Source of the DNA: Octopus sinensis
Taxonomy: Eukaryota
Length of the DNA stretch: 64,000 nt
Direction: 5' to 3'
Assembly (NCBI RefSeq): GCF_006345805.1
Contig: NC_043019.1
Location: 30,317,360 to 30,381,359 of the forward strand
A program made the translations under genes and the position numbers. How positions within the stretch are numbered: position 1 is the first letter of the stretch; each line of letters opens with the position of its first letter. Below the pieces are notes generated by a model. The model saw only the letters and a program-made list of their open reading frames with translations, was not told the origin of the DNA and made no database searches. This document shows positions 40,697 through 52,691 of this stretch, piece after piece.

Positions 40697-41772
40697 ATGC
40701 ATGTACACACATGCGTGCGCACGTGCATTGCTTTACTTGTAAATAGATAAGGGTTGTCGACAGGAAGGGCATCAGGCCATAGAAGATCAGCCTCAATAAC
40801 TTCCGTCCAACCCTTGCAAGCATGGAAAATTACATTTTAAGATGATGATGGTGAGAGAGAGAGAGAGAAATGGGAAGTTTAACCAGCAGTACAATAACAA
40901 TGACCACCAGTCTTCTAAGCGGGAACACACAAATACACAATATATCCAGTGTATTCCTGTTTGAGAAACTGACAGCATGTCAGGGAAACTTCAAACTCTA
41001 TACAGAACCAGAGAGAATTAAATGACAATACAACACCCACTACATTAGTTACTGTCAATATAAATTCTTCCTATCAACAGGCCAACCACTGTGTTTTTTT
41101 TTGTTTTGTTTTTTCTCTAATTTTCTTATAACAATCAACTTATTAAAGAGAAGATGATGATGAGAAGGTTTCTCCTTCACTGCATTCGCCCACACATTGG
41201 TTTATATTCAACAGGACAGTGGATGAAAGAGTCAGAGATCAAGCCCTCATCTGGGGGTAAATAATACTTTCTTTCAAATTTTAGCACAAGGCCTGAAATT
41301 TTGAGGGGGCAGGATGGAAGTCAATTACATTGAGAAGTACATGACTGGTACTTATTTTATTGACCCTTAAAGGACGAAAGGCTAAGTTGGCCACGACAGC
41401 ATTTGAACTCAGAATGTAAAGCCAGAAGAAATACTACGAAACATTTTGTCTGGCATGCTAATAGTTCTGCAGGCTTGGCATCTTTCTGGGGATAAATTAT
41501 AATAATAACAGTACCAGTTAACAAGGGAGACCACACATGACAATCCAACATGCTAGAAATAGCAGCTATATCTCCATCAAATTGCACAGAATCTTAAAAA
41601 AAAGGAAGATCATTAGGTAATCTAAGAGACACGTGTATGAAGAAAAGACAGCATCTTTCTCAGCTGAAATACTTTTGATCAGAGGTTACTAGGTCAAACT
41701 GATCTGGGACTAAAGAACAGCAAGGAAGAACCTGTTAGATAATACAGTCTATGATATATTGTATTTGAATAA

Positions 41773-41994
41773 CCCTTTAGTGTTCGCATTATTCTGCCAA
41801 AATTAATGCTTTTTTTATCCACGTTGTTTTGAATTAATCATGCATTATCTTGTAGCTATGAGATTTCAATGAGGGAGCTGTTAATTTTTAAAACGATATT
41901 GTAGGGTTGGTGTGAGAGACCAGATCTGGCCAGTTTGAACATAAAACAGGCAGAATATTTTTGGCCAGTTATGGCCGGTTTAAATGCTAAAGGG
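41773..41994. mobile_element. piggyBac-type MITE family A
   Basis: Closely matches 6490-6710 and 36135-36355. Confidence 0.85.
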
Positions 41995-42119
41995 TTAAAA
42001 GACTAGACAGTTGTGTTTGGTACACTTCTGAGTAATAAATATGATAGATTAGAGCTGATCAGGAACTGAATCCCAACAATAACAACAAAAGGAGACATTA
42101 GCTAATGTAGTCTTTAGAT

Positions 42120-42417
42120 CAGTGGTTCTCAACCAGGGTCCGTATATAAAATTTTGGTGGGGTTTACACAAAATAGTAAAATGGGGATCCACAATATTTT
42201 TTGAATGGTCCTTTAGATGTATGTATTGGTATATTTTGCAAGAAACAGCCAGGTTTCTGTCTCTAACATTTTACAGAATTCCACCTATACAAGTTCATGT
42301 GTGAACAGCAAAGAATGAAAAAAAAGGATCTAAAAAACTAGTTTTTAACTATCAAACGACTACAGAATAAAATAGTAATTAAAAGGGGTCCGTAGATAAA
42401 AAATGGTTGAGAACCCA
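42120..42417. mobile_element. hAT MITE, same family as 18178-18495
   Basis: CAGTGGTTCTCAACC start, GGTTGAGAACC end and shared internal sequence. Confidence 0.7.
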
Positions 42418-43464
42418 TCTTAGATAATGACAGGTCACAGAATGGATTTGATTTCCAGGACCATGAGTATTTGAAAGAGAAGATGTCAAAAACATGACCA
42501 CCTACCTACTATATATTTACAACTGGTACCAAATAAAAAAAAAATTTTTTTTTATTTGAGTGAGTGTGGCCTAGAAGTTAGGGTGTTGCACTCATGGTTG
42601 CCAGATCCGGTGTTCAATTCCTGGACTGGGTGGTGCGTTGTGTTCTTGAGCAAAACACTTCATCTTGCTCTGGAATCACTTCAATATCAGTCTGACATGT
42701 AGCAGAGGTGCTCAGCAATAAAATTGCAGAACTGTTTTACTCGAACTCAAGAGACTACTATCAGTTTAAGTGAATTCTATTCGACTTGGTAACTAACAAT
42801 GTAACAATGTTGGCGCCTATAAAGGAGGAGCTCAGTACGTAATTTGAGGTCAGAAATAGGAGAACAGAGGTCATGTAATAGCTATCTCTTTAATTGAAAC
42901 TTAATTGTCAACAACAATTTATACATGTAGTTGTGTCTACATAGAAAGACGAGTACTGTGGACAGGCCTGCAATATACTCTGAACACTGTTTTTTTTCTG
43001 GCAAGCTGCAAATTTATCCGTTTGTGTGACTAATAAACTTAATTAGTAGTGAACAACCATTTTGAGCAATTTTAATACTAATGAGAAAATCCAATGTCTA
43101 AATGAGGAAACAATTTCAAAAAAGGGTCAAAATTTTACTGGGTCAATTTCTTTTTCTTTTTCATTTATTTGCATGTCTTTTTTTTAAATTTTAATTATTA
43201 TTTTATATAGGTTTACATTGTCCACTTAACTGTAGATGAGTAACTCTTTGATGGATTGGCATCCCATTCAGAAGAAATATAGGCCTGCCCACCCAGCCTG
43301 TGGGTTGGCATCATTTGAAAACTACAACACAAGGAAGTGCACAGTGGCCAAGTGTATAACAGCGGTTCTCACCATTTTTGTTTATGGACCCATTTAATTC
43401 CTATTTTACTTTCATGGACCTCCATGGCCATTCAATATGTATATGCAAAAAAAAAAATTCACTC

Positions 43465-43830
43465 TTTTATTTGTTCCAGTCATCTGACTGCGACCATGCT
43501 GGAGCACCACCTCGAAGGGTTTTAAATCAACCTCAGGACTTATTGTAGTGCTTATTCTATCGGTCATTTTTGCTGAAGTGCTAAGTTATGGGGACGTAAA
43601 CACACCAGAATCAGTTGCCAAGTGATGGCAGGGGAGACAAACACAGACACACAAAGAAATACACACATAAATATATACATGGGCTTCTTTCTGTTTCCAT
43701 CTATCAAATCCATTCACAAGGCTTTGGTCAACCTGAGGCTAGAGTAGCAGACACTTGCTCAAGGTGTCATACAGTGGGACTGAACCTGGAACCATGTGGT
43801 TGGGAAGTGAGCTTCTTACCACTGTCACAC
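43465..43830 (-). mobile_element. SINE, same family as 13046-13422 (older copy)
   Basis: Same motifs in reverse orientation; boundaries approximate. Confidence 0.75.
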
Positions 43831-46307
43831 CTGTGCTATTATTAGGAATTGTATAAAATAATTTAAAACATTTTGTGCATTGAAGAAATATAACCAATTT
43901 ATTACAAATAAATTTTAACAACAAAAATCTTATATGCCCCCTCACACACCAAGGATCATATGGCTCGCAGTTGAGTACCACTGGTGTATAACAACATCCA
44001 ACAGCTGATAGAGGGTGATGGAATCTGCTGACACATTCAATTGTGAAGATGTTGTTTAGTCCCAGATCAGCTCTGACAGAACAAATTCAGGATAAAACGG
44101 TGTTCCAACCACAACTACCCCTTCTTTTAATCAGGGCCATAATGTGTTCAACTCGTATTAAAATGGTAGAGTGTTTTCTAAGGGTGACTGCTCTCCAATG
44201 CATAATAGTGGACTTATTTTTCTTGCCAGGTTTAAAAGCATCACCTTGTTTCTAGGTTCTTTTGGCAGGGTTCACTTCGCATGCGGTCAGACCTGATCTT
44301 TGATCTCAAGACTTCTTCCCTTCCCGACATCAGTCTCAGAAATCCTGAAAACCATAACAAACACTACCCTTCTTCCTATAAAAAGGACACTTTGAATAAT
44401 GTAGTCCTAGATGCACAATGTCTGAATAAAAGACGAGGCAGTCACAGCTGAAATACTTTTGATTGTAAGTTCTACTGGATTGGGGCTCACCAACAAGGAA
44501 GCTACACAACAAAGAAGGACACAGACAATATAGCCAGAATCATTATGAACAGAAGACATGATAGTCATGGCTGGAACACTTTTGAACACAGGCCTATGGT
44601 TAAACAACAGCAACATTTCAATGCCCTTAATAATTTTTATGTATGTTTTAATAACATACATAACTAAATTATTAATCATGGTTTGATGTAATTACTTCAG
44701 ATAGAAAAATAACCTACATTTTTTGTATTCCTATCCTTAGTTAATTATTTATCCAAACAATAAAGCAATAACACAAACTTCTAATGAACTATAAACAAAC
44801 TAACCAAATTAACTATTCATACTATACCACAATGACTTTTTTCCAACTCAAATTGAAGGAAGGGTCTCTATTGAAGTCAGAGCAAATAATAATAAATTTT
44901 TCTACTATAGCGACAAAGCATGAAATTTTGAGTGGGCAGGGGCCTAGTTAATTACATCGGTCCCAGTGCTCAACTAGTGCTTATTTTATTGAGACCTAAA
45001 GGACGAAAGGTAAAGTTGATTGAAGCAGCATTGGAACATCATCATCGTTTAACATGTTTTCCATGTTGGCATGGGTGAGAGGGTTTGACTGAAGACTGGC
45101 AAGCCAGTAGGCTGCACCAAGTTCCAATCTGATCTGGCAAGGTTTCTATAGCGGGATGCCCTTCCTAACACTTCTTACCACACAGCCACTCCTGCACCTA
45201 CCCCAGTACTTTTTTTAAATAAAAATTAAAAAAAAAAAAGAAAGAATGGTACTTATTCAGTCTCTTTTGCTAAACTGCAAATTTATAGACGTAAACAACC
45301 CAGTGCCAGTTGTCAAGCGGTGTGTGTGGGGGTGGAGACAAACACATAGGTACACACATTCACAAACTGACTTCCAAATTCATTCCCAAGGTATTAATCC
45401 ACCAAGGGCTTTAGCAGAAGACACTTGCCCAAAGTGCTGTACAGCAGGGTTGAACCTGAAACCATGCGGTTGCAAAGCAAGGTTCTTCACCACACAGAAT
45501 CTCACTGCTTTTGTAACATGGGAGCAATATAATAGTCTTATATATAGAAAATTTAATTCTATTTCCTTGATGTATTAAATTAAGAAAGGAGCCTATATGT
45601 GACCCAATGTGTTATCTGACCTACTGATGTGTAATGAGGATGAAAAATTGGTGGCAGCTTTCCAGGCTATAGTCAATTTCATTGTTTAGTAACAGTCCAG
45701 AATACCATGGCATCATATGTGCAATTAATTTATACTGTAATTGCCCAGGCTATTTCCAGTTGGTTCCAGTTGTAAGTATATATATATATGTGTGTGTGTA
45801 CTAATTAATAGTAACATTATATTCTTCTAGAAAAACTACTAATAACACAAACAATTTTACAGGTCACTTCCACCCAAATCGACTGGGATGTTTTGGTACA
45901 TGACTCTATCTCTTCAGTTCTTGTGGAGCTGCTATTTCATGTTCCTCAATGCTACACTCGATCAAACAGAAAGTAATGCAAAAGCGGACATAACTTTGTC
46001 TATTTATGGACATGACCAGTCCACGGTTGCCCTGTAAGGAGCATAGGGCTGGTTTTCCTAGTTTCTCTGGTGCATATTATTCCCTGGATGGGACACCGGT
46101 CTGGCACGTGATGACTCCTTTTTGCCAGCGGAGTGGACTGGAGCAATGTGAAATGAAGTGTTGTGCTCAAGAACACAACACATTGCCCAGTCCAGGAATC
46201 GAAACAATCTTACAACAGGGGCCCAACACCCTAACCATGAGCATAAGTCGTTCAAATTGTGCGTTTTAGTGTAGAAACTATTCTTCCTCATCATAAAGGG
46301 TTACAAG

Positions 46308-46436
46308 CAGAAGTGACATGTTATCATTGAATTCTTGATGGAGGAGTGGAAGCTGTCTAACATCTACAGGAGGCTAGAGATTGATTATGGAGATGATGCT
46401 ATAAACAAGAGCAATGTGCACAGCTGGATGAAGATG
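46308..46436 (+). pseudogene. Mariner transposase N-terminal HTH fragment
   Basis: QK*HVIIEFLMEEWKLSNIYRRLEIDYGDDAINKSNVHSWM resembles the mariner N-terminus (VIEFL..E....IH.RL..VYGD.......V..W). Truncated by a MITE. Confidence 0.6.
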
Positions 46437-47549
46437 CTTAACCTTTTAACATTTAAACTGGTTATATCTTACTCAAATACTCTACCTGATTTATGTCTCA
46501 ACTGGCCAGATCTGACTCCTCACACCTACCCTACACCGTAGTTCTAAAAGTAATCAATTACATCATCAAAACCTCGAAGCTATGGGATGCTCTTTTACTT
46601 GTTTCAGTCATTTGACATTGGCCATGCTGGAGCACCACCTTTAGTCGAGCAACTCGACCCCAGGACTTATTCTTAGTAAGCCTAGTACTTATTCTATCGG
46701 TCTCTTTTGCCAAACCACTAAGTTGCGAGGACAGACAAAAAGATTAAGTCGATTATATCGGCCCCAGTGTGTAACTGGTACTTAATTTATCGACCCCGAA
46801 AGGACGAAAGGCAAAGTCGACCTTGGCGGAATTTGAACTCAGAACGTAACGGCAGACGAAATGCGGCTATGCATTTCGCCCGGCGTGCTAATGATTCTGC
46901 CAGCTTGCCACCTCAGACATCAAGCTTCAATCCGGTGTCACACTTCTCCAAAACCTATGAAGTTCAAGGGCTTGTGACAGGCAAAAAGAAAAAAAAAACA
47001 ATGTTATGGTGACTGACTTAGTTTGGGTGGGGGATAATTAAGTGAGTCATCTTCCTTGATTTTCTAGAACAAACCATGAACAAGAAGCAGTCCAGTGAAA
47101 CACTTAAAAGCTTAGAGAAGCTATAAAGAGGAAGAGACCAAACAAGAATCTGAAGTGTTTTTACAGTTGGATAAATTACTTATCAGGAAGCAACAACTCA
47201 ACCATGAAGTGTGACTCACTTGTCACATATTTGATGTGATGAGATAATGCTACAGCTGCTTTGTTTTTTCTGTTTTTTTCTTAAAGCTCCAGATCACTCT
47301 TGATCAAGTAGAATTATGATTAAAGATGTTCAAGCCTTTATTAACCTTTTAGCATTCAGATTTCTTTGTCAAAAGTATTGCTTATTAATTCACATTGTTT
47401 TGAATTAATCATGCCTTATCTCATAGTTTTAAGATTCCAATGGTGTGTTTGTGTATTTTTGAAAATGACATTGTAGGGTAGGTGTGAAAGGTTGGATCTG
47501 ATCAGTTTGAACATAAAACATAAAACAGATTGACATTCATGTCAACACC

Positions 47550-47583
<34 letters not shown>

Positions 47584-48391
47584 TCTCAGACATAATATAT
47601 CTTGGTATATATTAACTAATATGTTCTGATATTTTTAAAACATTTGAATGAGATCTAAAGGAGATTTGATTAGCTATCTTAGAATGTCAAGTGATCACAC
47701 AAGAGACTTCTTTATTAGCTCACACATAATGAGACACTGTATACTTGTTCATGCTGACATGTTTTTCCATGCCACCATGGGTCAGATGTTACTGAGTTAC
47801 TGCTTACAGCTAAATGCTCTTCCAGTCACTAATCCTCACTCGTTTTTCAAATAAGGTATGTTTCATTTCACATGGCTTTGAAGGCACAAAGCAAGTTTGT
47901 TGACAGAAGTGACATCATCACTAAAATACTGTAACTTTCAGAGAAGCAAGTACAAATGTGAACACACACACAAACACACACTCTCTCTCTCTCATTCAAA
48001 ATCTACTCACAAGGCTTGGGTTGGCGCAGCACCATAGAAGACGCTTGCCTAAGATGCTATGAAGTGGAATTAAACCTGAAACTTACATGGGTGAGAAATT
48101 CGTGCATTAGAGATACCAGCAATGTGAGATCACTCATACCGAGTGCGAAGTAGTCTCACCAGAGGATGACCTCTAACATAGCCTTCACTTCTCTCCATAC
48201 ACACACACACACACCATACAAACAACAGTTATCAGGTTGACAGAAAGAGAATGGTGAGAAAGGCATAAAATGCAAAGGAGAGAGAGAGAGAAAGAGAGCG
48301 TAAAAAGGAGAGAGACTGTAGAGAGAGAGAGAGTGTGCTTGTGAAAAGGAGAGAGAGAGAGAGAGAGAGAGTATGTTTGTACTTTACCAAC

Positions 48392-48465
48392 CTTGATGTC
48401 CAGCTCAAGCTGCTGCTTCCGTCCTCTTATGGTCATCAAGAGTTGCTGTTCATCCTCAGTCAAGT
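48392..48465 (-). CDS. CYTH1: Cytohesin exon 2, coiled coil first half (D)LTEDEQQLLMTIRGRKQQLELDIK
   Basis: Pyrimidine tract and TTTCTAG acceptor (AG at 48467-48466), 74 nt, donor AAG|GTTGGT. Phase 1 in, phase 0 out. Clear similarity to cytohesin DLxxEE..L..IR.RK..L..DI. Confidence 0.93.
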
Positions 48466-48727
48466 CTAGAAATTAAAAGAAGAAAAAGACATATAATAAG
48501 CTAAAGTTAAGGCAGTTTGGGACAAATTCCTCATAGACAACAAATACCTACCTGCCTATCTCTATTACACATATAATAAGGCAATGTAAGGTTAATTCCC
48601 GGAGAACACAAGGTTACATAGAACATAGAAAAAGGGACACAAAACACGATGGTTTGACCATACAAACAAAGCATAACAGAAGCTGGAATCTTTGGCCAAC
48701 TTTTGATTTGAGATGTACAAACTTATG

Positions 48728-49139
48728 GGATCTTTTCGGTTTGAACGGCAGTTTTTAAAAATAATTTCCACGTAACTAAACACTTTTAAACTTCGTATAC
48801 TGGTAGAATGTGTTTATAAAACATCTTTTTCTCTTGGCTTTATTGAGAAAATTCTATAGTTTGTAAGATATTTGTTGTTTTTTTTTTCTTCAATTTCTGC
48901 AATTTCAACTAATCACTGACGTCTATTGAGGTGAAAACATTCTGTGCCGTATGAATATGTCCCTCGTTTAAGAAACAGATTGGGTTTATTTACATTTCTG
49001 AAGAAAAAAGATACCCTTCTCCCCACCCCTAACCCTAAAACAGATTGAAATGCAATAGATCGATACTAGGGTCATAATTATGGGTGACAATTTCATATGA
49101 CACCGCTAGAAAAAACTGCCGTTCAAACCGAAAAGATCC
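48728..49139. mobile_element. Young MITE with perfect 29-bp TIRs and 8-bp TSD (Merlin- or hAT-like, superfamily unresolved)
   Basis: TIR GGATCTTTTCGGTTTGAACGGCAGTTTTT (48728-48756) and its exact complement (49111-49139). TSD AACTTATG at 48720-48727 and 49140-49147. Confidence 0.9.
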
Positions 49140-49182
49140 AACTTATGTTCTACCACCAGAGTCCTATTCATCTGTTCCTTAC

Positions 49183-49213
49183 CATTAATGTGTGTATGCA
49201 TTATCACAGACAT
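49183..49213 (-). CDS. CYTH1: Cytohesin putative coding exon 1 (MSVIMHTHIN + 1 nt); frame is open upstream to ATG ATG at 49336-49331
   Basis: AAACATG start at 49213-49211. Strong donor AATG|GTAAGG (GT at 49182-49181). The phase-1 G joins AC of exon 2 to make GAC (Asp), giving a 717-nt intron 1. Confidence 0.65.
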
Positions 49214-49526
49214 GTTTACACACACACACAAGTACTTATACAAGTACTTTTCGTAGTTTAATTTCTCTACAAGGTTTATAGAGGTGGTGGGGGTATAGGG
49301 CAAAGAGTACATGGCATTTTGCACTTTCGTCATCATTTCATTAAAACCATGCACACACACTCACAAACACACACAGCAATGTGAAAGCAGCTTGTGTTAA
49401 GATGTTAGCAGTTGAACGTAACGGCATGAGTTAAGGATGGCATATACACACGCTCGAGCGCACACACATGTACTCGAACACATACAGTGCCAGTTAAAAG
49501 CTATTGAGTAATACAACACAACATTG

Positions 49527-49533
49527 TGAGTCA
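49527..49533. promoter_or_regulatory. AP-1-type site upstream of putative cytohesin exon 1
   Basis: Exact TGAGTCA in unique, CpG-containing sequence about 200-300 nt upstream of the exon-1 start codons. Confidence 0.3.
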
Positions 49534-50341
49534 TACTGCAATAGTAATTAAGAGGATGTTCTGGCTGTTTAGCTTCAGGTCAGTTCTGATTAAACAGAAG
49601 TATGATCAAGAGTAAAAGTATTCCGTATTTGACCACTACATCCTTGTTTTATGTGTATCATCACCATTTGACACCCATTTTCCATGCTGGACAGTTTGAC
49701 ATGAACTGGCAAGCTGTAGTGATGAACCAAGCTCCAGTTGTCTGTTTTGGCCTGGCTTCTACAGCTGGCTGTCCTTCCTAATGTCGACAACTTTACAGAG
49801 TGTACTGGCTGCTTTTTACGTGGCACCAGCTCAGGTCCTTCCCACATGACAGCAGCACCAGTGGGGTTGCCAAGTAGCTTGTGAGACAAAGACCTTTTAG
49901 TTGAGAGAGGGAGTAGGATCACTGGAAGTATAACAGAGGGACAGAGATAGATGTCTTACTATATATGCATATAGTACGCTCTGACTGGCCCCCGTGCCGC
50001 TGGCACGTAAAAAGCACTATCTGAACATGTTTGATGCCAGGCCTGTCTGACTGGCTCCTGTGCCAGTGGCATGTAAAAAGCACCTACTACACTCTCCGAG
50101 TGGTTGGCTTTAGGAAGGGCATCCGGCTGTAAAAACATTGCCAGATGAGATTGGATCCTGGTGCAGCCGCTGGCTAACCAGACCTCAGTCAAACCACCCA
50201 ACCCATGCCAGCATGGAAAACAGACATTAATGATGATGATATACATTTCATATAGAGAACATCAGGAGGTAGGAGATGAATATATTTATTTCACCAGTTG
50301 ATATCCATAACTTATTTCAGTGTATAATAAATTATTTTACA

Positions 50342-50708
50342 CTAGCAGTATGACCCGGCAACGCCGCCGGGTCACAGTGCTAGTGCATGCATATACAGTT
50401 GCGTGCGTGCGCACATACACGCGAGTACTGTCTAAATCTCTGACCAATCACATACAGCTAGCTGGCATTCAATTGGCGTATCAAGTTTCAGGCATTTTGA
50501 TTGGGTTTTGGAGAGAAAATTCACAAAAATGTCACTTCTATTGATTTTTTAATGGCTTTGCGGGGTGATTGGGGAAATGTAAAGATGTGCACGACCACCC
50601 TTGGATGGTTTTGAATGACCATAGAAAGTATGAGCCCTCTAACTGAAAAACTATGGATTTGTATAAAGGACACACACGCAGACATTTTGCCGTTTATATA
50701 TAGAGAGA
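50342..50708 (-). mobile_element. Helitron family 2, full length
   Basis: Closely matches 32597-32968, including the terminal hairpin and CTAG. Confidence 0.7.
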
Positions 50709-51027
50709 TGTCTGCACTAATGTGTATGTTACGAATTGCATAGTACTAATGTCCATTTTACAAATGAATGCAGATCAACAATATATACAAATGCATCATT
50801 TATTAAGGATGATGCCATAACCATTGTAATAGTGTGTAGTTAGCTGCTGCAGATGTAGCAGTAATTGCATGTCGACTTATACACCAAGACAACTTTGGAG
50901 GACCAAGAATTCTATGTGAAATGCAGCAGGATTCAGAAAGACACTATACACTATTTGAATGTTTACACTATACACAACACTGACATGTATGCCAGAAAAC
51001 ATGGCAGAACTGCTCAGCTGTAACAGT

Positions 51028-51405
51028 TTTGGATTGTAAGCACTCCATCGGTTATGACGACGAGGGTTCCGGTTGATCCGATCAACGGAACAGCCTGCTC
51101 GTGAAATTAACGTGTAAGTGGCTGAGCACTCCACAGACACGTAGTTCTCAGGGAGATTCAGCGTGACACAGAGAGTGACAAGGTCGGCCCTTTGAAATAC
51201 AGGTACAAGAGAAACAGGAAGTAAGAGTGAGAGAAAGTTGTGGTGAAAGAGTACAGCAGGGATCACCACCATCCCTGCCGGAGCCTCGTGGAGCTTTAGG
51301 TGTTTTTGCTCAATAAACACTCACAACGCCCGGTCTGGGAATTGAGACCGCGATCCTACGACCGCGTGTCCGCTGCCCTAACCACTGGGCCATTGCGCCT
51401 CCGCC
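51028..51405 (-). mobile_element. Full-length tRNA-derived SINE with 11-bp TSD
   Basis: Head GGAGGCGCAATGGCCCAGTGGTTAGGG. TSD GCTGTAACAGT at 51017-51027 and 51406-51416. Confidence 0.85.
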
Positions 51406-52655
51406 GCTGTAACAGTAATAATAAAATAGCTCTACTCTAACCACAAAATTAACTTAGTCCCAACTGAAGATTTTTCCTAAACCGTTCTACAACAAAGAAC
51501 AACAGTCAATACATTTAATGGAATTGAAAGCTGAATATTCGAGTAGGAAGATGTGGGTGGTAAGAATGCTTTTTAAAAAAAAATGCATGTGCATTTAAAC
51601 ATTTTTTATAAATATTGTTATTGTTATTTGATGTTTTGTTTTTTTGCCTTCTCCTTTTTGTAAACTATTTTCTTTTCCATATGCATTATTTTTTATTATT
51701 TGAAAATGCATTTTTTCCCCCCTTATGCTTTGATTATAAAAATCTGAATTTAGGTAAGTGATGGTGGTGGTGGTGGTGGTTGTGTGTTGGTGATGGAGAT
51801 GCCGAAATTAGCTTAGGTTTCGCTAGGAGCTCTGTCTAACTAATACTGACATGAAATTAGATGAGAATTTATGAGATTCTACAAGCATAAGGAAGAGATC
51901 TCTAAGAAAGTCTCCATTTGAAAGAATAAATTAAAATATTAAAGAAGCTAATTGGACATGAATAGTATTTAAAAACAAAATAAATAAAACATAAATAGAA
52001 GCCAAAACAAACAAATGATGCAATTGAACAAAGAAATTCTATTGGAGGCATAAATAGAAATCAATCGCATTAAGCACTGACAATTCTTCTCCCATTGAGC
52101 ATCTTTTTTCTTCTTGTTAACCACTTTTGCATCAAAAGATGCAATTCAATGAAGTAAGGAGAGAACATCCAGGTAGTAGCTGTTCAATCACTAGAAATAG
52201 CAGCCAAATCTTCCTGAAATCACTCCCTGCTATCTTAAACCTTTAACTGCTGAATTAAATTTCATGGTCATTTTAATTGACATCTCTCAACATAAAAACA
52301 GTTTCAAACGTGACATTCCTCAATAACAAAGAGATTGGTATATATAGCTACTTTCCGCAGTTAAGGGTAATGAAATTTTGAGTGGATGTATCTGATTTTC
52401 ACAGTAAAAGGGTTAAAATAAAAGTAGGAGACATTAAATAAATGTGGTCCTGAATTCAGTGCATCTGGAAAAAAATCTTAAGTACTGAGGTGGATTTGTT
52501 TGACTAAAAATTTTTTCACGGCAGTGCCACAGCATGGCCACAGTCTAATGACTGAAACAAATAAAAGATAAAGTACCCTACAAATATATATATATATATA
52601 GACTGCTAAATCCACAAGTTTTTTTAACTCTCTCTCTGTTTATTTCCTTGTGTTC

Positions 52656-52691
52656 CTTTCTGTTGAAGAGCGTAGGCTCAAAACGTAAAAG
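52656..52691 (+). ncRNA. Degenerate hammerhead-like motif within Penelope-like fragment at about 52620-52790
   Basis: CTTT CTGTTGA A GAGC GTAG GCTC AAAA CG T A AAAG. Confidence 0.4.

Larger units (their letters stand above)
1..49336 (-). other. CYTH1: Cytohesin-family gene, 5' portion (exons 1-3 and introns; intron 3 appears to extend past window start)
   Basis: Exons at 49183-49213, 48392-48465 and 29459-29523 join in frame via canonical GT/AG sites. The peptide resembles the cytohesin coiled coil as I recall it (human CYTH1 DLTAEERQELENIRRRKQELLADIQ|RLKDEIAEVANEIENL). No Sec7 exon (GRKKFNMDP) seen in 1-29458. Symbol is family-level only. Confidence 0.85.

Noticed and set aside
49021-49040. 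Telomere-like CCCTAACCCTAA
   Set aside because: Only two units, internal to a MITE.
50877-51320. 147-aa minus ORF, and a phase-1 donor TTG|GTGTAT near 50885 as an alternative exon 1
   Set aside because: Mostly a TSD-bounded SINE, and the donor is weak compared with 49182.
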